64,000 nt of DNA from Antedon mediterranea (taxonomy: Eukaryota > Animalia > Echinodermata). Shown here one piece after another: positions 28,239-40,509 of the stretch; within the stretch, counting starts at the first letter, position 1; each line of letters opens with the position of its first letter. The notes under the pieces are model-generated. The model worked only from the letters and a program-made list of their open reading frames with translations. It searched no databases and had not been told where the DNA came from. Location: positions 8,494,001 to 8,558,000 of the forward strand of contig NC_092671.1 in the NCBI RefSeq assembly GCF_964355755.1. Direction: 5' to 3'. The position numbers and the translations under genes are program-made.

Positions 28239-31200
28239 ATGCGACGAAATTCTGGAAGTTCATTTAGTGACTTGAGCATTAATTTGTTCCGGTCTCCAAA
28301 ACACGGAGGGGGGCACAACCCAGGGCGGCGAAATTCGGCGATGCCCATTCTGCAGCAGTCTGAGTTTGCGACGACAAAGACACAGCAGTTGCTAGGATTA
28401 GGATTCAATCATGAATGGGATAGGTACGTCTTATAGGTAACACTTAGATTTTCTTTTTATTTATGTTTAAACAATTTGGTAATCTCCCCTATGGTTTTAG
28501 TATTGTTATAATTGTTCAAAACACTTGGACTTTAAACTCTCTTGATTTACACCTCTGATAAGATTTGTCGAGGTGTGCCAACCTTGATAAGCATCAGCAC
28601 ACGGACGGACACTGGATCGGCTGTTATATCCTATTATACAACATATAATTAGATATTAATACGTACTCAATACTGTGTGAATGCAGGTGTAAACATTATA
28701 TTATGTTAAATAGTTAATACAATCAAACGAATGGTATTATATTACAAGCTCTTGACGTCTCGACCATGATGTTGTTTTCGAGCCATGGACTTGCAGGATA
28801 CTGTAGCTTAACCAACCGACCGACCGACCGACCAACCAACCGACCGACATGACCTGTAGAGTCGCGTTGCACATGAATAAAAAGATAGGGCCTACTAATG
28901 ATATTATTTTTCAAACGAACCTTTAGAATAACTCCTATGATACAGTTGTAACTTGTGACTCTGTAACATGGAACTTTCATAAGTTACATACAAATCAGAT
29001 CATTGACTCCTATGACAGTTGTGACGACATGTGACACTGTAACATGGAACAGTATGTATAGTATGATACAGCTATAGAGTGTATAATTATTAAACGTATG
29101 CATAATTACAGCCTAGTTAGTGTTATCAACTCGTGTTGAAAAAGGCTCGTTGGCATGTATTATTTCTAATGAACGTATGGACATTAATTAGGTATCTATT
29201 CTTAAATGAAATCTGATCATGAAGTAAAAAGTAAATTCGATTCGATTACTACACGGTGAGCTTATTTACATTGTAACGATGGTCTTATAGGATAGTTGAT
29301 ACAAACAGAGAGAAGAGGTAAAGACCACGTGAAACATTATTATTTCTATAAAAATAAATCATAACCAACAACGGAAATAGAATTTGTCAAGGAAAATCAT
29401 TGATTGCATAATAAGTAGTATTTAGTCCGATGGATTTGTGTGGAGTAGCCTAAGACATTTTAATCTCTGTACACTATCAAACTAGTTTGACAAAAAAGTG
29501 TGATGTGCTTAAATATGGTAGTGATATGATTAAATATGGTAGTGATATGACATCCATGATGCGGCCCATCCATGGGCCGCATCATTTGTCACATAAAGTT
29601 TGATAGTGTAAAAAGAGCTTTAGACATAATAGAAATCACGAACATCATGGACCAACAAAGCCCGCTTCTTAGTCGACATGTTCATCTCAACCCATGGCAA
29701 TAACGATATAAAAACGACATTAAAATCGGTTCGTTTTTAGATTTTCGCAATTTTATTGAGAATAACGAGACGCATGCGCGTGCATTCAACTGCTAGTGTG
29801 AAAACTTCACAAGTTTAAAACTTTTTTAAATTGGGGTATTCACAAAATTATAGTACTGTAAAAAATGAACTCGTTTTATAAACTTAATATGGAAAGCAGA
29901 ATGTGACATTAAGTCATTCATTTAGTATCTGTCTCTCTCGGAGATGAGATTTTGCAACGATTTAACGATTTTATACCAAACATTGTAGTATCACATTGCT
30001 CAAAGCTTTCTTACAAAGCCCGCTTCTTAGTCGACATGTTCATCTCAACCCATGGCAATAACGATATAAAAACGACATTAAAATCGGTTCGTTTTTAGAT
30101 TTTCGCAATTTGATTGAGAATAACGAGACGCATGCGCGTGCATTCAACTGCTAGTGTGATAACTTCACAAGTTTAAAACTTTTTTAAATTGGGGTATTCA
30201 CAAAATTATAGTACTGTAAAAAATGAACTCGTTTTATAAACTTAATATGGAAAGCAGAATGTGACATTAAGTCATTCATTTAGTATCTGTCTCTCTCGGA
30301 AATGAGATTTTGCAACGATTTAACGATTTTATACCAAACATTATAGTATCACATTGCTCAAAGCTTTCTTACAAATTCAACTAAACATATTAGCCTAATT
30401 TCTTTTAAAAAAATTCAAAGATGATGACACAATCATATGTAACTGTATGTAAACATAATCATTTTCATGCAATACCAGAAGTTTCAAACCTATAGGGAGC
30501 ATTTTGGAACACTGCATTATCGTATTATGATAATTTTGTATCTTTCAGTGTTCAAAGAGCTGTTGTTTCAGTATTCAAAGGCGAAACATTGAGACAAGGG
30601 CAGTTGGAGGAGCAGATTAGTTTAATTCGGTAGGATCATCAGAAAATACCTATAACTATAAATAGCAGCGTGGCTTAATGCTTTAAATACTGTGCAGTAA
30701 TACGGTTGTGTATTTATTATAATATACTATACGTCAGTTATGACGTAATCGCATAAAATAGAACAGTGACATTATTTTTAGCGTACTGGGTTGAAACACG
30801 GAGATAATATTTTAAATTTTCTATCGTGACGTCAATATCTCCATGGGTACCGGTAATGCACTGCTGCTGAATGTTGTTCAGAAAGAATAAACGATGATAC
30901 TGATAGTTAACCTCTGTCTAAACTAGCAAACTATTGACAATAAAATGTGCCTAAATATGGTAGTGATATGGCCAAATATGGTAGTGATATGATGCCATCG
31001 TGTCCATTGGGGAAATAACATTTTTGTCACATAAAGTGTGATAGTATAGACCAGGGAGTTGTAAAATAATTTTACAACTCCCTGGTGTAGACAGAGCGTT
31101 ACACAGCTGCACCTCCTGCACCTCGCGACACGATATCCTTACGAAAACACCCGTTTTACCCTTTGCCGTTGCATGGTCACTTATAAAAATCTGTGTATTT

Positions 31201-34200
31201 TTTTTCTTCGTTAACATTCTCGTAATATTATTTTTTTCAGTGTAGTGCTTGATTCCGATATAAGACAATTTATATGTGAATATTACAGAGTAAGTAATCT
31301 TTTCTTATTCAAACAAACAAAGTGTGTTTTGTACTATAAATAAGACTTGGTGTGTTTTTTTTTCTGTCAGAAAAACCTTCTGAAGAAATGTATGACAATT
31401 CTTGTTGGACGTATAGACGAGTCATTAACTAACGGAGGTAAGCCTACAGCTAGTATAGGTTTTAGACGGAATTTTAACTTAATACTGTATTAGCAAAAAG
31501 ATAAATATTTTGGCAAATATACCGTTTTATACGTTTACTACTCGAAAAGAACACTTCTGACATGCAAACATTAACAGCAGTATTCGTTACGCCTAATGCG
31601 TGGTTCCCACTATAGAGACGCAAAACAGGAACGTAACGCACACAACGTAAAAGTGATTTGACCAATCTAATGGCGATTATTCGGCATTGGTCGTCCTTGT
31701 GTTGCGTTTCTCTGTGGGAACCAACTTTTAAGCAAGGAAGGGGACTCTTGAAAAAGACGCGAGCTCATTATGGCAGGGATTCCAATGTAAACATAAAGAT
31801 TAAGGAAACACCGAGCATCGTGACAAATTGACAGAATAATAATTCCAAAATAGAACAATATTTAGATAGACAGTCATATACAAACATACCAGAACGTCGT
31901 ACAAACATCTCTGGATAACCTATGACCCACTATAAACGACTCTTTAAGTTATACTTAGACTTGTTTTCTCTTCATATACGTAAATCCTCACCTACGCTAC
32001 TATAAGCATATTTAAGCTAAAAAGGCGCCTACCAATAACTTTAGTTTTAATCAGCAAATTATATTATTTATATATATATATATATTTTATATTATAAGTC
32101 ACCAGATAATGATCGACGTTACTACATGCATACGAACAATCTATAGGCCTAGGCCTAACAATTTCAATCTAATTTCTTACTGAAGATGATTTTTTTATGC
32201 AGCCTGTATTATTTTATACAAACATCGATGGCATAATCATACCCATTATCAACTTGAATGCTTTTGAACATTAACATTAATATAGTGCGGCCCATTTCTA
32301 TGAAAAGCTCATAATCAGCGGCGCTTCACATACACCCATTAAATGTTTTTTTAAACTGATAATATTCATTCAAATGTTTAATGTAACATTGAAGTAATTC
32401 ATTTTAGCATTCAATGAAATCAACAATTATACAAGTACCCAGTATATAATAAGTCACTTAAATACAAAGTTTTTCATAGCTATAATGGCTTATATATAAC
32501 ATTTATCTGACCGTCGACGTCAATTGTAAAACCTCTCCAACGTAAGCATTATCTATGGCAGCAGTAACATACATTAACTAAATCATTATTATTGTTAAGC
32601 TACACAAATATCATTCGTCTGAAATTCGAAATTCACAGTATCATCACCAAAGACATGCGATTAGCGTATGCAGTATATTTATATATAATATAAACACATT
32701 AGGCATAGAACATTAATTCTAAACCGCCCGGTGATATACAGAAATGTAATTAATTAATTTTAAACGATAAGATGAGGAAATCGGTGAGAATGAGAAAAAG
32801 TCGGCCCATCCCAGATTCGAACCCGGAACCTTCTGCTTGATATGTATATATGAATATCCGTCTAAGAATTAAATCTGTAATGTATTTGTCTGCTAATCTT
32901 ATCTTCATTCAAGATGCCTTGCTCGACACTATAGCAGATATTTGGGTTAAATTCTATACAGAAGTTCTACCAACTCTACAAGCCATATTCATTCCAGTTC
33001 GGGTACGTATTAAATATTAAAGGTTTTTAATTGATCGATAGGCAATCGATCAACTAAAGATTCATAAACCAACTAATAATTTGGCGGACCGAACAACCAA
33101 CCGAGCAACTGACCAGCAAACCACCACTAGTGACTACATCATAGAGTAAAGCTCCGTCTACACTATAAAAAAAGTGCGATGTGCCCAAATATGGTAGTGA
33201 TATGACATCATCAAGTCCATATATGGGCACATCACATTTGTTTTGTCACAAAGTTTGATAGTGTAGACAGAGTTTTTAGACCGGCTGACTAGATGATCAA
33301 ACTACCGACTAATCAATAAACTGATAACTGGTATCATGATGACGTTGGGATAAAAACGTAATACAGTTATTAGTTATGATATTGAACATTTTATTAGACT
33401 CTTTTTCCTATTGTTATTTCTACTCTGAAAGACCTACGAACCAAAAATATAAAATGTAATAGGAATTTGACTGAATAAATGATTTGCACATTTGTAGAAT
33501 ACCTTTTGCACATTTAACGTCAAAACTGATCGTTTTTACATTTAACGTCGTGATGTTGGCACATTTGCAGGTTATACATTTTTACAGATTTGCACATTTG
33601 AAGGTAAAATGTTTGCACAAATGTGGTTGTTTGCACATTTGAAAGTAAAATGTTTGCACAAATGTGGTTGTTTGCACAAATGTGACTTTTTGCACATTTC
33701 ACGGCTCCACAGTTCCCACCTCTCCGACAAGAGGGTTATATATCGACTATCTAGCTAGGAGCGCGCTTGACTAAACATATTTTCTATTAGTCCCCAGGTC
33801 TTTCAATCAAACAGCTAACCTTATTAGCATTTCGAGATCACATGGTTTTAGCAAGATATGAAGCAATAAAAGGTAAACCTACAGAAAAAAACAATTTTCA
33901 TTAATACATACGGGTATTTTTTATTCAGAACAAATAATAATACAAAAGCTGAATTGACGTCGTTAAAATGTATACTTAAAATATAAATCAAAAACACTAA
34001 TCATTAATTACATTTTATATACAAATTATTTATCAGATTTTAAAAGTTGAATATACCATATTGACTAGAGACCCCCTTTAAGGGGTCACATGAAAAGAAC
34101 CAATATAGGTTTTAACACGACCAACTGACGCGCAGGTCAGTTTGTGCCGATAGAAAATAATAAATTACCCGCACTGTTTACCGTGCAGATAGCCAATTGT

Positions 34201-34505
34201 AATGCCACATTGGATATTGAAATCATTGTAATATTCATTTTACAGGTTTGCTTGAAGATCCTACTATTGAAATTGTCGATGATTTTAAACACATGCTTCT
34301 TGTTCTACAAGGGGTACGCGAACCAAATAACGAAGGACATTTCCAGTTAGAGACTTTAGTATCCAAAATATTTTATCCATACCTAGGAACGAATAAAGTA
34401 TATGCGGGTAAACTAAACTACGACTTCAGAACCCAAGAGAAAGAAAATAACAATGTCCAAGCTAAAGGCAAGTACTTTCAGAATTACATGCAGGAGCGGA
34501 TTTAA
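28239..34505 (+). CDS. PRR5: PRR5/PRR5L (Protor, mTORC2-associated, HbrB-like domain), 7 exons, 270 aa
   Basis: Exons 28239-28423, 30549-30629, 31241-31289, 31371-31437, 32914-33002, 33791-33872 and 34246-34505 are all GT-AG and phase-compatible (813 nt). The protein contains WDSVQRAVVSVFKG, LLDTIADIWVKFYTEVLPTLQAIFIPV, SIKQLTLLAFRD and MLLVLQGVRE...LETLVSKIFYPYLG, matching recalled PRR5 family motifs. Confidence 0.9.
28742..28886 (+). mobile_element. Helentron/DINE-1-like non-autonomous fragment
   Basis: ACAAG start, (CCGA/CCAA)n microsatellite and terminal TAGAGTCGCGTTGCAC..AAAA. A similar remnant lies at 33080-33147. Confidence 0.45.
29460..29622. mobile_element. MITE family with AAGCTCTGTCTACACTATCAAAC TIRs and internal 20-bp CCAAATATGGTAGTGATATG repeat (representative copy)
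   Basis: Other copies at about 18461-18600 (reverse), 20840-20950, 21793-21940, 25295-25429, 30908-31100 and 33148-33277. Confidence 0.85.
29655..30375. repeat. 358-bp near-perfect tandem duplication in PRR5 intron 1
   Basis: ACAAAGCCCGCTTCTTAGTCGACATG starts at both 29655 and 30013, with only a few substitutions between copies. Confidence 0.95.
31594..31731. mobile_element. Diverged second copy of the 26.6-kb MITE, in PRR5 intron 4
   Basis: GCGTGGTTCCCACT ... GTGGGAACCAACTTTTA with the same internal ACGTAACGCA and TTGACCAATC. Confidence 0.75.
32690..32840 (-). mobile_element. tRNA-derived SINE-like fragment
   Basis: The minus strand has a B-box/T-arm GGTTCCGGGTTCGAATCTGGG. Its body (32692-32770) recurs at 38193-38272. 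Confidence 0.6.
33480..33712. repeat. TTTGCACA(T/A)-rich subterminal array of a truncated DNA transposon end
   Basis: About 8 copies of TTTGCACA and a duplicated 36-bp unit, ending ACGGCTCCACA. Confidence 0.6.
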
Positions 34506-35211
34506 TCGACTGAAACGTTCGTCGCGTCAAAATGACTATTATGATTTAACGCTTGGTGCATGTCGCTTTGCGTGTAAATTAAACTGTTAGAATAAATGCA
34601 TTAATACATTTTTTTTTCTTATTATAGGTCCACCATACATCAAGTTATCAACACATTATTCTACAACTGATTCGACTAGCCTGCGAGCCAGACGTGCAAA
34701 AAGTCATGGGAGCACCTTTTCAAGTTCTTTATCAGCCTCAAATTTAGAAACATTAATGGAAGATAGAAAAAGAAATTCAGATGATTCACTTTTAAAATAA
34801 CATACTCAACAAGAGGCGGTTTCCACTTTATTGTAAGAACTTCAAATTTAAATAAAAAAAAGAATCTACAGATAATCTACCCATTTTTCAAACAAATATC
34901 AAAGATTTAATAGTCTAGACCGCATTGCATTAGCAAAGTGATAAATATTTTGGCGTTTCATACGTTTCCATACAAAAATGGAAACGCCGACTGGTGGAAT
35001 AAAATAAAAAAAAGGCAATACAGACTTCGGGCAAGTTTAATAAAAAATATACAATACAATGCAAACATTTCCTTAACCTACTGCAAATAACAATTAAGAG
35101 CGAGATCATAGTCTGGTAGGAGGGGTTTCCTTATCAGTATGTTACATACAATACCAGATTTAGAACGAATAATAATAGCAATCAGAAGCAATGTTATATT
35201 TATGAAAAGGC

Positions 35212-36790
35212 TTACAGACCACACATTGTCATCTTACATATATCACATTTGAAAATCTTTATTCCGTTGTGTTCCACTTTCATGTGATCTTCACAAGTCT
35301 TTAAGGGTTTACCGTGAAAACTACGCATGTGTCGTTGAAAAGTTTCTTCAGTCAAACAATACTTATTTCTACACATAGAACAACGTATTTTTGTTCCTTT
35401 TTTAGCTGCAACTTTGCCCTTGCGATTTCTCCCGTCCGTTCTTTCTTTAACTGGTACTGCAAGTTTATTCTTGTGGCGTATCATAATATGATTATCTAAC
35501 TTGAATTTGTTTTCGAAATTCCTTCTGCACGCAGGCCAATCACATTGAAATGGCTTCGTTTCGTCATGCACGAGTTTCATGTGTCTTTTCAGTTTTTCTG
35601 CATTACTTAAGACTTTCTGGCAAACATTGCACTCCACTTCTTTGTGAACAGAGTTCATGTGCTTTTTAAAAATGACTCTATTCAGAAAGACTTCTTCACA
35701 TAGTGAACAAATTAACTCGTTTTTTTCCGGCACTGCATCTCTGTGTGTTTTCATATGGATATCTAACAGTGATTTATTTTCGAAAATGTCATCGCATCTA
35801 TAACATCTCAGCTTATGCTTATAATCTTTAGGTGTCGTATCTATGTGCATGCGTGTCATATGCGTTTTAAGACATCCAGCACTTAGACAAGTTTTACCAC
35901 AAATGTCACAAGTTTTAGGATCTTTGCGAAATTTATAGCCCCTTCTTTTCCCCTTTGCAGATTGAGAATGAGTGACAAGATGATGATCTAGATCTGATAA
36001 CATTCGAAATGAATGTCCACATTTTTTACAGTCGAAAGGCAAATTGTCCATTTTATGAACATCATTCTGATGACATTTTACCTGAAACTCTGTTTTGAAT
36101 AACTTTTTGCACACGACGCACTCAAAAGAAATTCCTGCATCTTTATTGGCATGCATTTCCAAGTGGTATTTATAGAGAACGGGCTGATAGAAAACCGAAA
36201 CAGGCTTACATATTGTACAGGTTAATATCCGTTTCGGGTGATACTTTATAATATGATCATGCAGTTCTATAGAATTTGTAAATCCAGCAGAAGTACAAAA
36301 ACGACAAGGTTTAAAAGAAAGTTTAGTTTTAATACTTTGGCAAGTATGACCAATCAATGAATTCTCGGTGGCAAACGTTTTCCGACATTTTTCGCAATTG
36401 AACAAGGAAGGTCTCCTTCCCGTGTCAGCGTCATGCCCAACACTATCACTATCAACATAACTTTTAGAGGTACTAGGGAGATGCTCATTACATATTTTTG
36501 CTTTGTAACTTTTCTGTATAGCGTCTTTAGCTTGGCGTGACTTTTTTTTTTTTCTAGTCAATCCTAGAGGTTGAATCATTTTTCTTTGATTCTTTTCAAC
36601 CAACCTACCATCATCACGAACATCATAGGTAACTACATTTGCATTTATGGCGCAATCAGGTTCAACTACGTGTTTCACCATTCGACTGCGGTTACATATG
36701 GCAACATGCTTTTTGTATTTCTTTCTATTCAGCCATTCACCACCACAGGATGCACAATTGAACGTGTAGTCTGCCTTTTCAACGTCATCC
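35212..36790 (-). CDS. C2H2 zinc-finger protein, large exon with about 12 fingers; upstream exons unresolved
   Basis: Repeated CxxC...HxxxH motifs. Phase-2 acceptor tattttctag|G at 36791/36790. The last finger is cut short (CDICKMTMCGL*) at a possible donor gtaag near 35215. Confidence 0.85.
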
Positions 36791-37596
36791 CTAGAAAATA
36801 TCAAATACAACGAGTAAAATGATTGATACACAAGCCACACCCGATATCTTTGGTTAGTTAATGAAAATTGAGTTAAACCCCATTACAAATGACTCCAAGA
36901 ACCTTGGTAGATTTAGACTGTTTTACGGTTAAATTGCCAATTTGAAGAGAGACATTTATCAGCCTTTGCATATAGTGACGGTACGCCACAATAAAAAATT
37001 CAGCTGTCATCATTAAGATATAACATGTTACTGGACATCCATTGCCTCACTTTGATGATTTGTGAGGATGGCTAACTATTTGCTTGGTTCAATATGTGCG
37101 CACACTTGCAATCAATAGTATACGTGTTGCAGCACCACTCAACGAATTGGATAGACTTACAACACATAATTTGAGATGGTTTGTAACAGCGTTACAAAAC
37201 TTCTGAATAACAAATTCAATAAATACAACTGAGACAGAAAGTAAATATTTTACATTACTGTACTTATATATAATTAATGTTCTTTGCCTGATTTGTTTAT
37301 ATATATATAATTATATATATATATAAATCCAAAGGCAAATTACTGAAAAAAATGACAATGCTGTGGGTATCAGTGGCTGGATCTCAATGGAGATACAAAA
37401 AAAAAAGCGAAAAGCTAAATCAAAACGATAAAGTAAACAGCCAGAAAAGTTAGCAGAGCTTTCGGGCAACACTAGCCCTTCATCTCATTGAGCTTGTGCA
37501 CTCTTTGTGTTCATAATCAGTGTACCATGTCCCGCATACCTGGCTCAGCCTATATATTGTGCCAGTTCTGCGGTACATTTCATTTCGAAACCTGAG

Positions 37597-37641
37597 CTGC
37601 ACTGACGAGATCTAATAAGCTCGAAACAGTACTGTCTGCAG
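37597..37641 (+). ncRNA. Minimal type I hammerhead ribozyme
   Basis: Stem I CTGCA/TGCAG, core CTGACGA, short stem II, GAAA, stem III C-AGTACT-G with a palindromic loop, and a GTC cleavage triplet ending at 37636. Confidence 0.78.
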
Positions 37642-37665
37642 ATTGGATATATATATATCCAATCT

Positions 37666-37990
37666 ACTCAAGCATATAGTAGCGCAAACAAAAAATGCAA
37701 CCTCTGCCTCAAAGAGAAATTATTTATCATCCGCCACCCTGAATTATCGACATTAAACAAACGTAACGAACTTGTGTCCGCCTGCCGGCACAGAAAGAAA
37801 GCATTGTTACATAACAGCTGACATTCCAAAACATATCACCTGTAAATGCTAATTCTACAAGTAAATGCGCTTATAAGCAACGTTGTAATTGATTGTTCTC
37901 ATTATAGTCTCCTGATGAGTGAGTTGCACGACTCACAAAACAAGCCTGTAGAGAACTGTAGAACTGTAGTTTTTACTTCTTTTCCAGACT
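37666..37990 (+). mobile_element. Penelope-like retroelement 3' remnant (GIY-YIG C-terminus plus pLTR)
   Basis: AYSSANKKCNLCLKEKLFIIRHPELSTLNKRNELVSACRHRKKALL* (37666-37821), followed by a hammerhead-like motif and (TA)n. Confidence 0.8.
37903..37960 (+). ncRNA. Hammerhead ribozyme-like motif with a core mutation
   Basis: TCTC-CTGATGA-GTGAGT(TGCACG)ACTCAC-AAAAC-AAGCCT-GTA-GAGA; the GAAA box reads AAAA. Confidence 0.65.
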
Positions 37991-38055
37991 TAACGTATAT
38001 TTTAGCTTTACTTTACCGTATTGAGCACTTTTTAGACGGTTACATTGAACTGAAC

Positions 38056-38086
<31 letters not shown>

Positions 38087-38280
38087 ATGTTCTTTGCCTA
38101 GTGCGTTTATATATATATATATATAAATCCAAAGGCAAATTACTGAAAAAAATGACAATGCTGTGGGTATATATATATATATATATATATATAAACACAA
38201 CAGGCATAGAAATAAATTCCAAACCGCCCGGTGATACACTGAAAATTATTTCATTTATTTTTTAAACGATATATATATAT

Positions 38281-38465
38281 GAAAAGAACGTTGAGTTTCT
38301 CGACGTTCCGATCAATATACTTTGATCGTCCTCAGGAGTAAGATTAAGAAGGATCAAAGTATATTGATCAAAATGTCGAGAAACTCAACATTCTTTCCAG
38401 AACTATATATACGTGGTGTACCGCATAACAACATTTGATTTCGCCATGCAAAACTTCAAACAATA
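38281..38465. repeat. Inverted pair of pLTR-like sequences, each with a degenerate minimal hammerhead motif
   Basis: Minus strand 38299-38338 reads CTC-CTGAGGA-CGATCAA(AGTATA)TTGATCG-GAAC-GTC-GAG. A mirror copy lies on the plus strand at 38345-38400. Confidence 0.6.
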
Positions 38466-38762
38466 TGTAAAATCATTATGTAATATAAGTTTGTAATTCC
38501 TGTATTATTTTAAAAACTAAATTTAATGAAAATGAGCCAGTGAAGAAAGGTCAGATTATTTGAAATTGTAGCCTACATAGCACAATGAAACAACTGATAT
38601 TTTTTAAGAATTCTTATTTTATAATGTTAAATTATCTTTAAAAATAATTTACCAACTTAAATTGTTTACATGAATAATTGGGTCTACCATATTACATCAT
38701 AATCACTTTAACAGTAACTGTAAGAAACAGAACATTTGAGTGAAAACATAAATTGCGAATTG

Positions 38763-39155
38763 TTATGTCTTCCTTCTTCGATGTTTCTTTGGAAGTACCA
38801 CCGTTAGGTGTACCATATTACATCGCAACCGATTAAAAGGCATGCACGTCTGGGGGTTATATTTGTTCTGGTGTATTTCCATGTGAATATCAAATACCGA
38901 TTTCTCTCCGAATGTCATCTTACATTTACCACATTTGAACAAATTGTTGTGTTTCGTGTTCATTTTAAAAAACAAAGAGTTTCACCACAAAGTTCTTAAA
39001 AGTCATTTGCATTTAATACTAGTACTTCTTCTTTGTTAACCACCATTCGACTGCGGTTACATATGGCAACATGTTCCTTGAATTTTTTTTCATTCAACCA
39101 TTCACCACCACAGGATGCACATTTTAATATGTCATAGAATGTATCAACGTCAACC
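38763..39155 (-). pseudogene. Degenerate, internally deleted duplicate of the 35-36 kb zinc-finger exon
   Basis: Same acceptor context and near-identical CASCGGEWLN..K.HVAICNRSRMV. A stop at 38996 follows, then a finger KCGKCKMTFGEKSVFDIHMEIH resembling the C-terminal end of the long exon. Confidence 0.7.
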
Positions 39156-39502
39156 CTAGAAAATATTAAATACAACGTATAAAATGCCTTGATACTAACT
39201 GATAAACTCCACAAACGTGCCATCGACCATTTGATTAGCTGAAAACTAAATTAAATGCCTTGATACACAACACAATCCATACCGATGTAAACCATATATT
39301 TTGATGAGCTACAGTAACGTCATTGTTTTATTTCGCCAGCAATGGCATATGGACATTTCAGACATGCAAAAAATGGAAACGCATAACAAATAATCAAATA
39401 TACATTAAATAAATAAATCCTTTAATTTAATGTAGAATTAACACATATTTTACTGATTCGAATTACAATGAGGCTGCATTTTTCTTCAATCTATAATGTT
39501 AA

Positions 39503-39853
39503 AGATGTATTGTCCCCCTGAAAAAATAATTCTAACAAAATTTGTTGTTGAATATTCCATTTTAGTGCAACATAATAGTTATCCACTTTGACGAAAAATT
39601 GGATCTAAAAAAAAAATGTATTTACCTGAAAAAAAAATGTAATTTAGAGCAAAATATGATCAAATTGGTTGCCAGCCAATGGATTTTTGGTTGAAATTTA
39701 CCATTTATTTTGTCATTTTATAAGTGAAAACATGATTTTTTTTCATTTAATTTTCTATGGAAGTGATTAACTTTATTAAAACTACAAAATAACATATTCA
39801 AAGTCTGATTTAATTAATCTTTATTTTTCATGTTTTTGGGGGACAATACATCT
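39503..39853. mobile_element. MITE with TTAA TSD (Kolobok-like AG termini)
   Basis: TTAA|AGATGTATTGTCCCCC ... GGGGGACAATACATCT|TTAA. Confidence 0.85.
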
Positions 39854-39944
39854 TTAACATTTCATGATTATTTCAAATAAAGCAGTGGATTTTCTGTACA
39901 ACACAAAATCACAAAATAACGGTTTGACGCCCATATAGAGTATA

Positions 39945-40509
39945 ATACCCCTTTCACACCAAAACTCCGGAGTGTCTCCGGAGACACCCCGGGGTTTATG
40001 ACCATTCAAAACGTCGAGAAACTCCGGAGATACCCTTTCACACCAACCTAGCAACACCAGGGTTCATAAAATAAAATTGTAAATGTCGCCCTCTAGTTTG
40101 TTTGTTTACATAGCGACGATCGTTAGAATCATTTTAATTAATAATATTTTAAATTTAAAAATTACTTTCAAAGTCTCAGAAGTAATATAATGTTTTATTG
40201 ATACTACATATTATTTTCTAGACCCGCTATATATTTTGTACAAATATTTAAAGTATTTTGAAATAAAACTAAAGCAATGAGTGATCGTGTGAGGATGACC
40301 TTTTGACCCGAAACACTCCGGATTTGATGTTGGTACCTTTCACACCAAAACACCGGGGTGTCCCCGCAGTTCGCTCTCCGGAGAATGTTCAGCTGTTCAA
40401 CCCCGCAGTTTTAAACTCCGGAGTTGCTTGATTTTACCTTTCACACCAAACAGCGGGGCGTCAACTCCGGGGTGTCTCCGGAGTTTTGCTTTTGGTGTGA
40501 AAGGGGTAT
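39945..40509. mobile_element. MITE with ATACCCCTTTCACACCAAAA TIRs and many ACTCCGGAG subterminal repeats
   Basis: Perfect 20-bp TIRs flanked by TA, with internal copies of CCTTTCACACCAA. Confidence 0.85.

Noticed and set aside
32795-32845. tRNA gene
   Set aside because: Only the T-arm/B-box half is present, with no full cloverleaf; treated as SINE-derived.
37846-38265. 139-aa and 88-aa ORFs rich in YIYI
   Set aside because: Read-through of (TA)n microsatellites and Penelope remnants.
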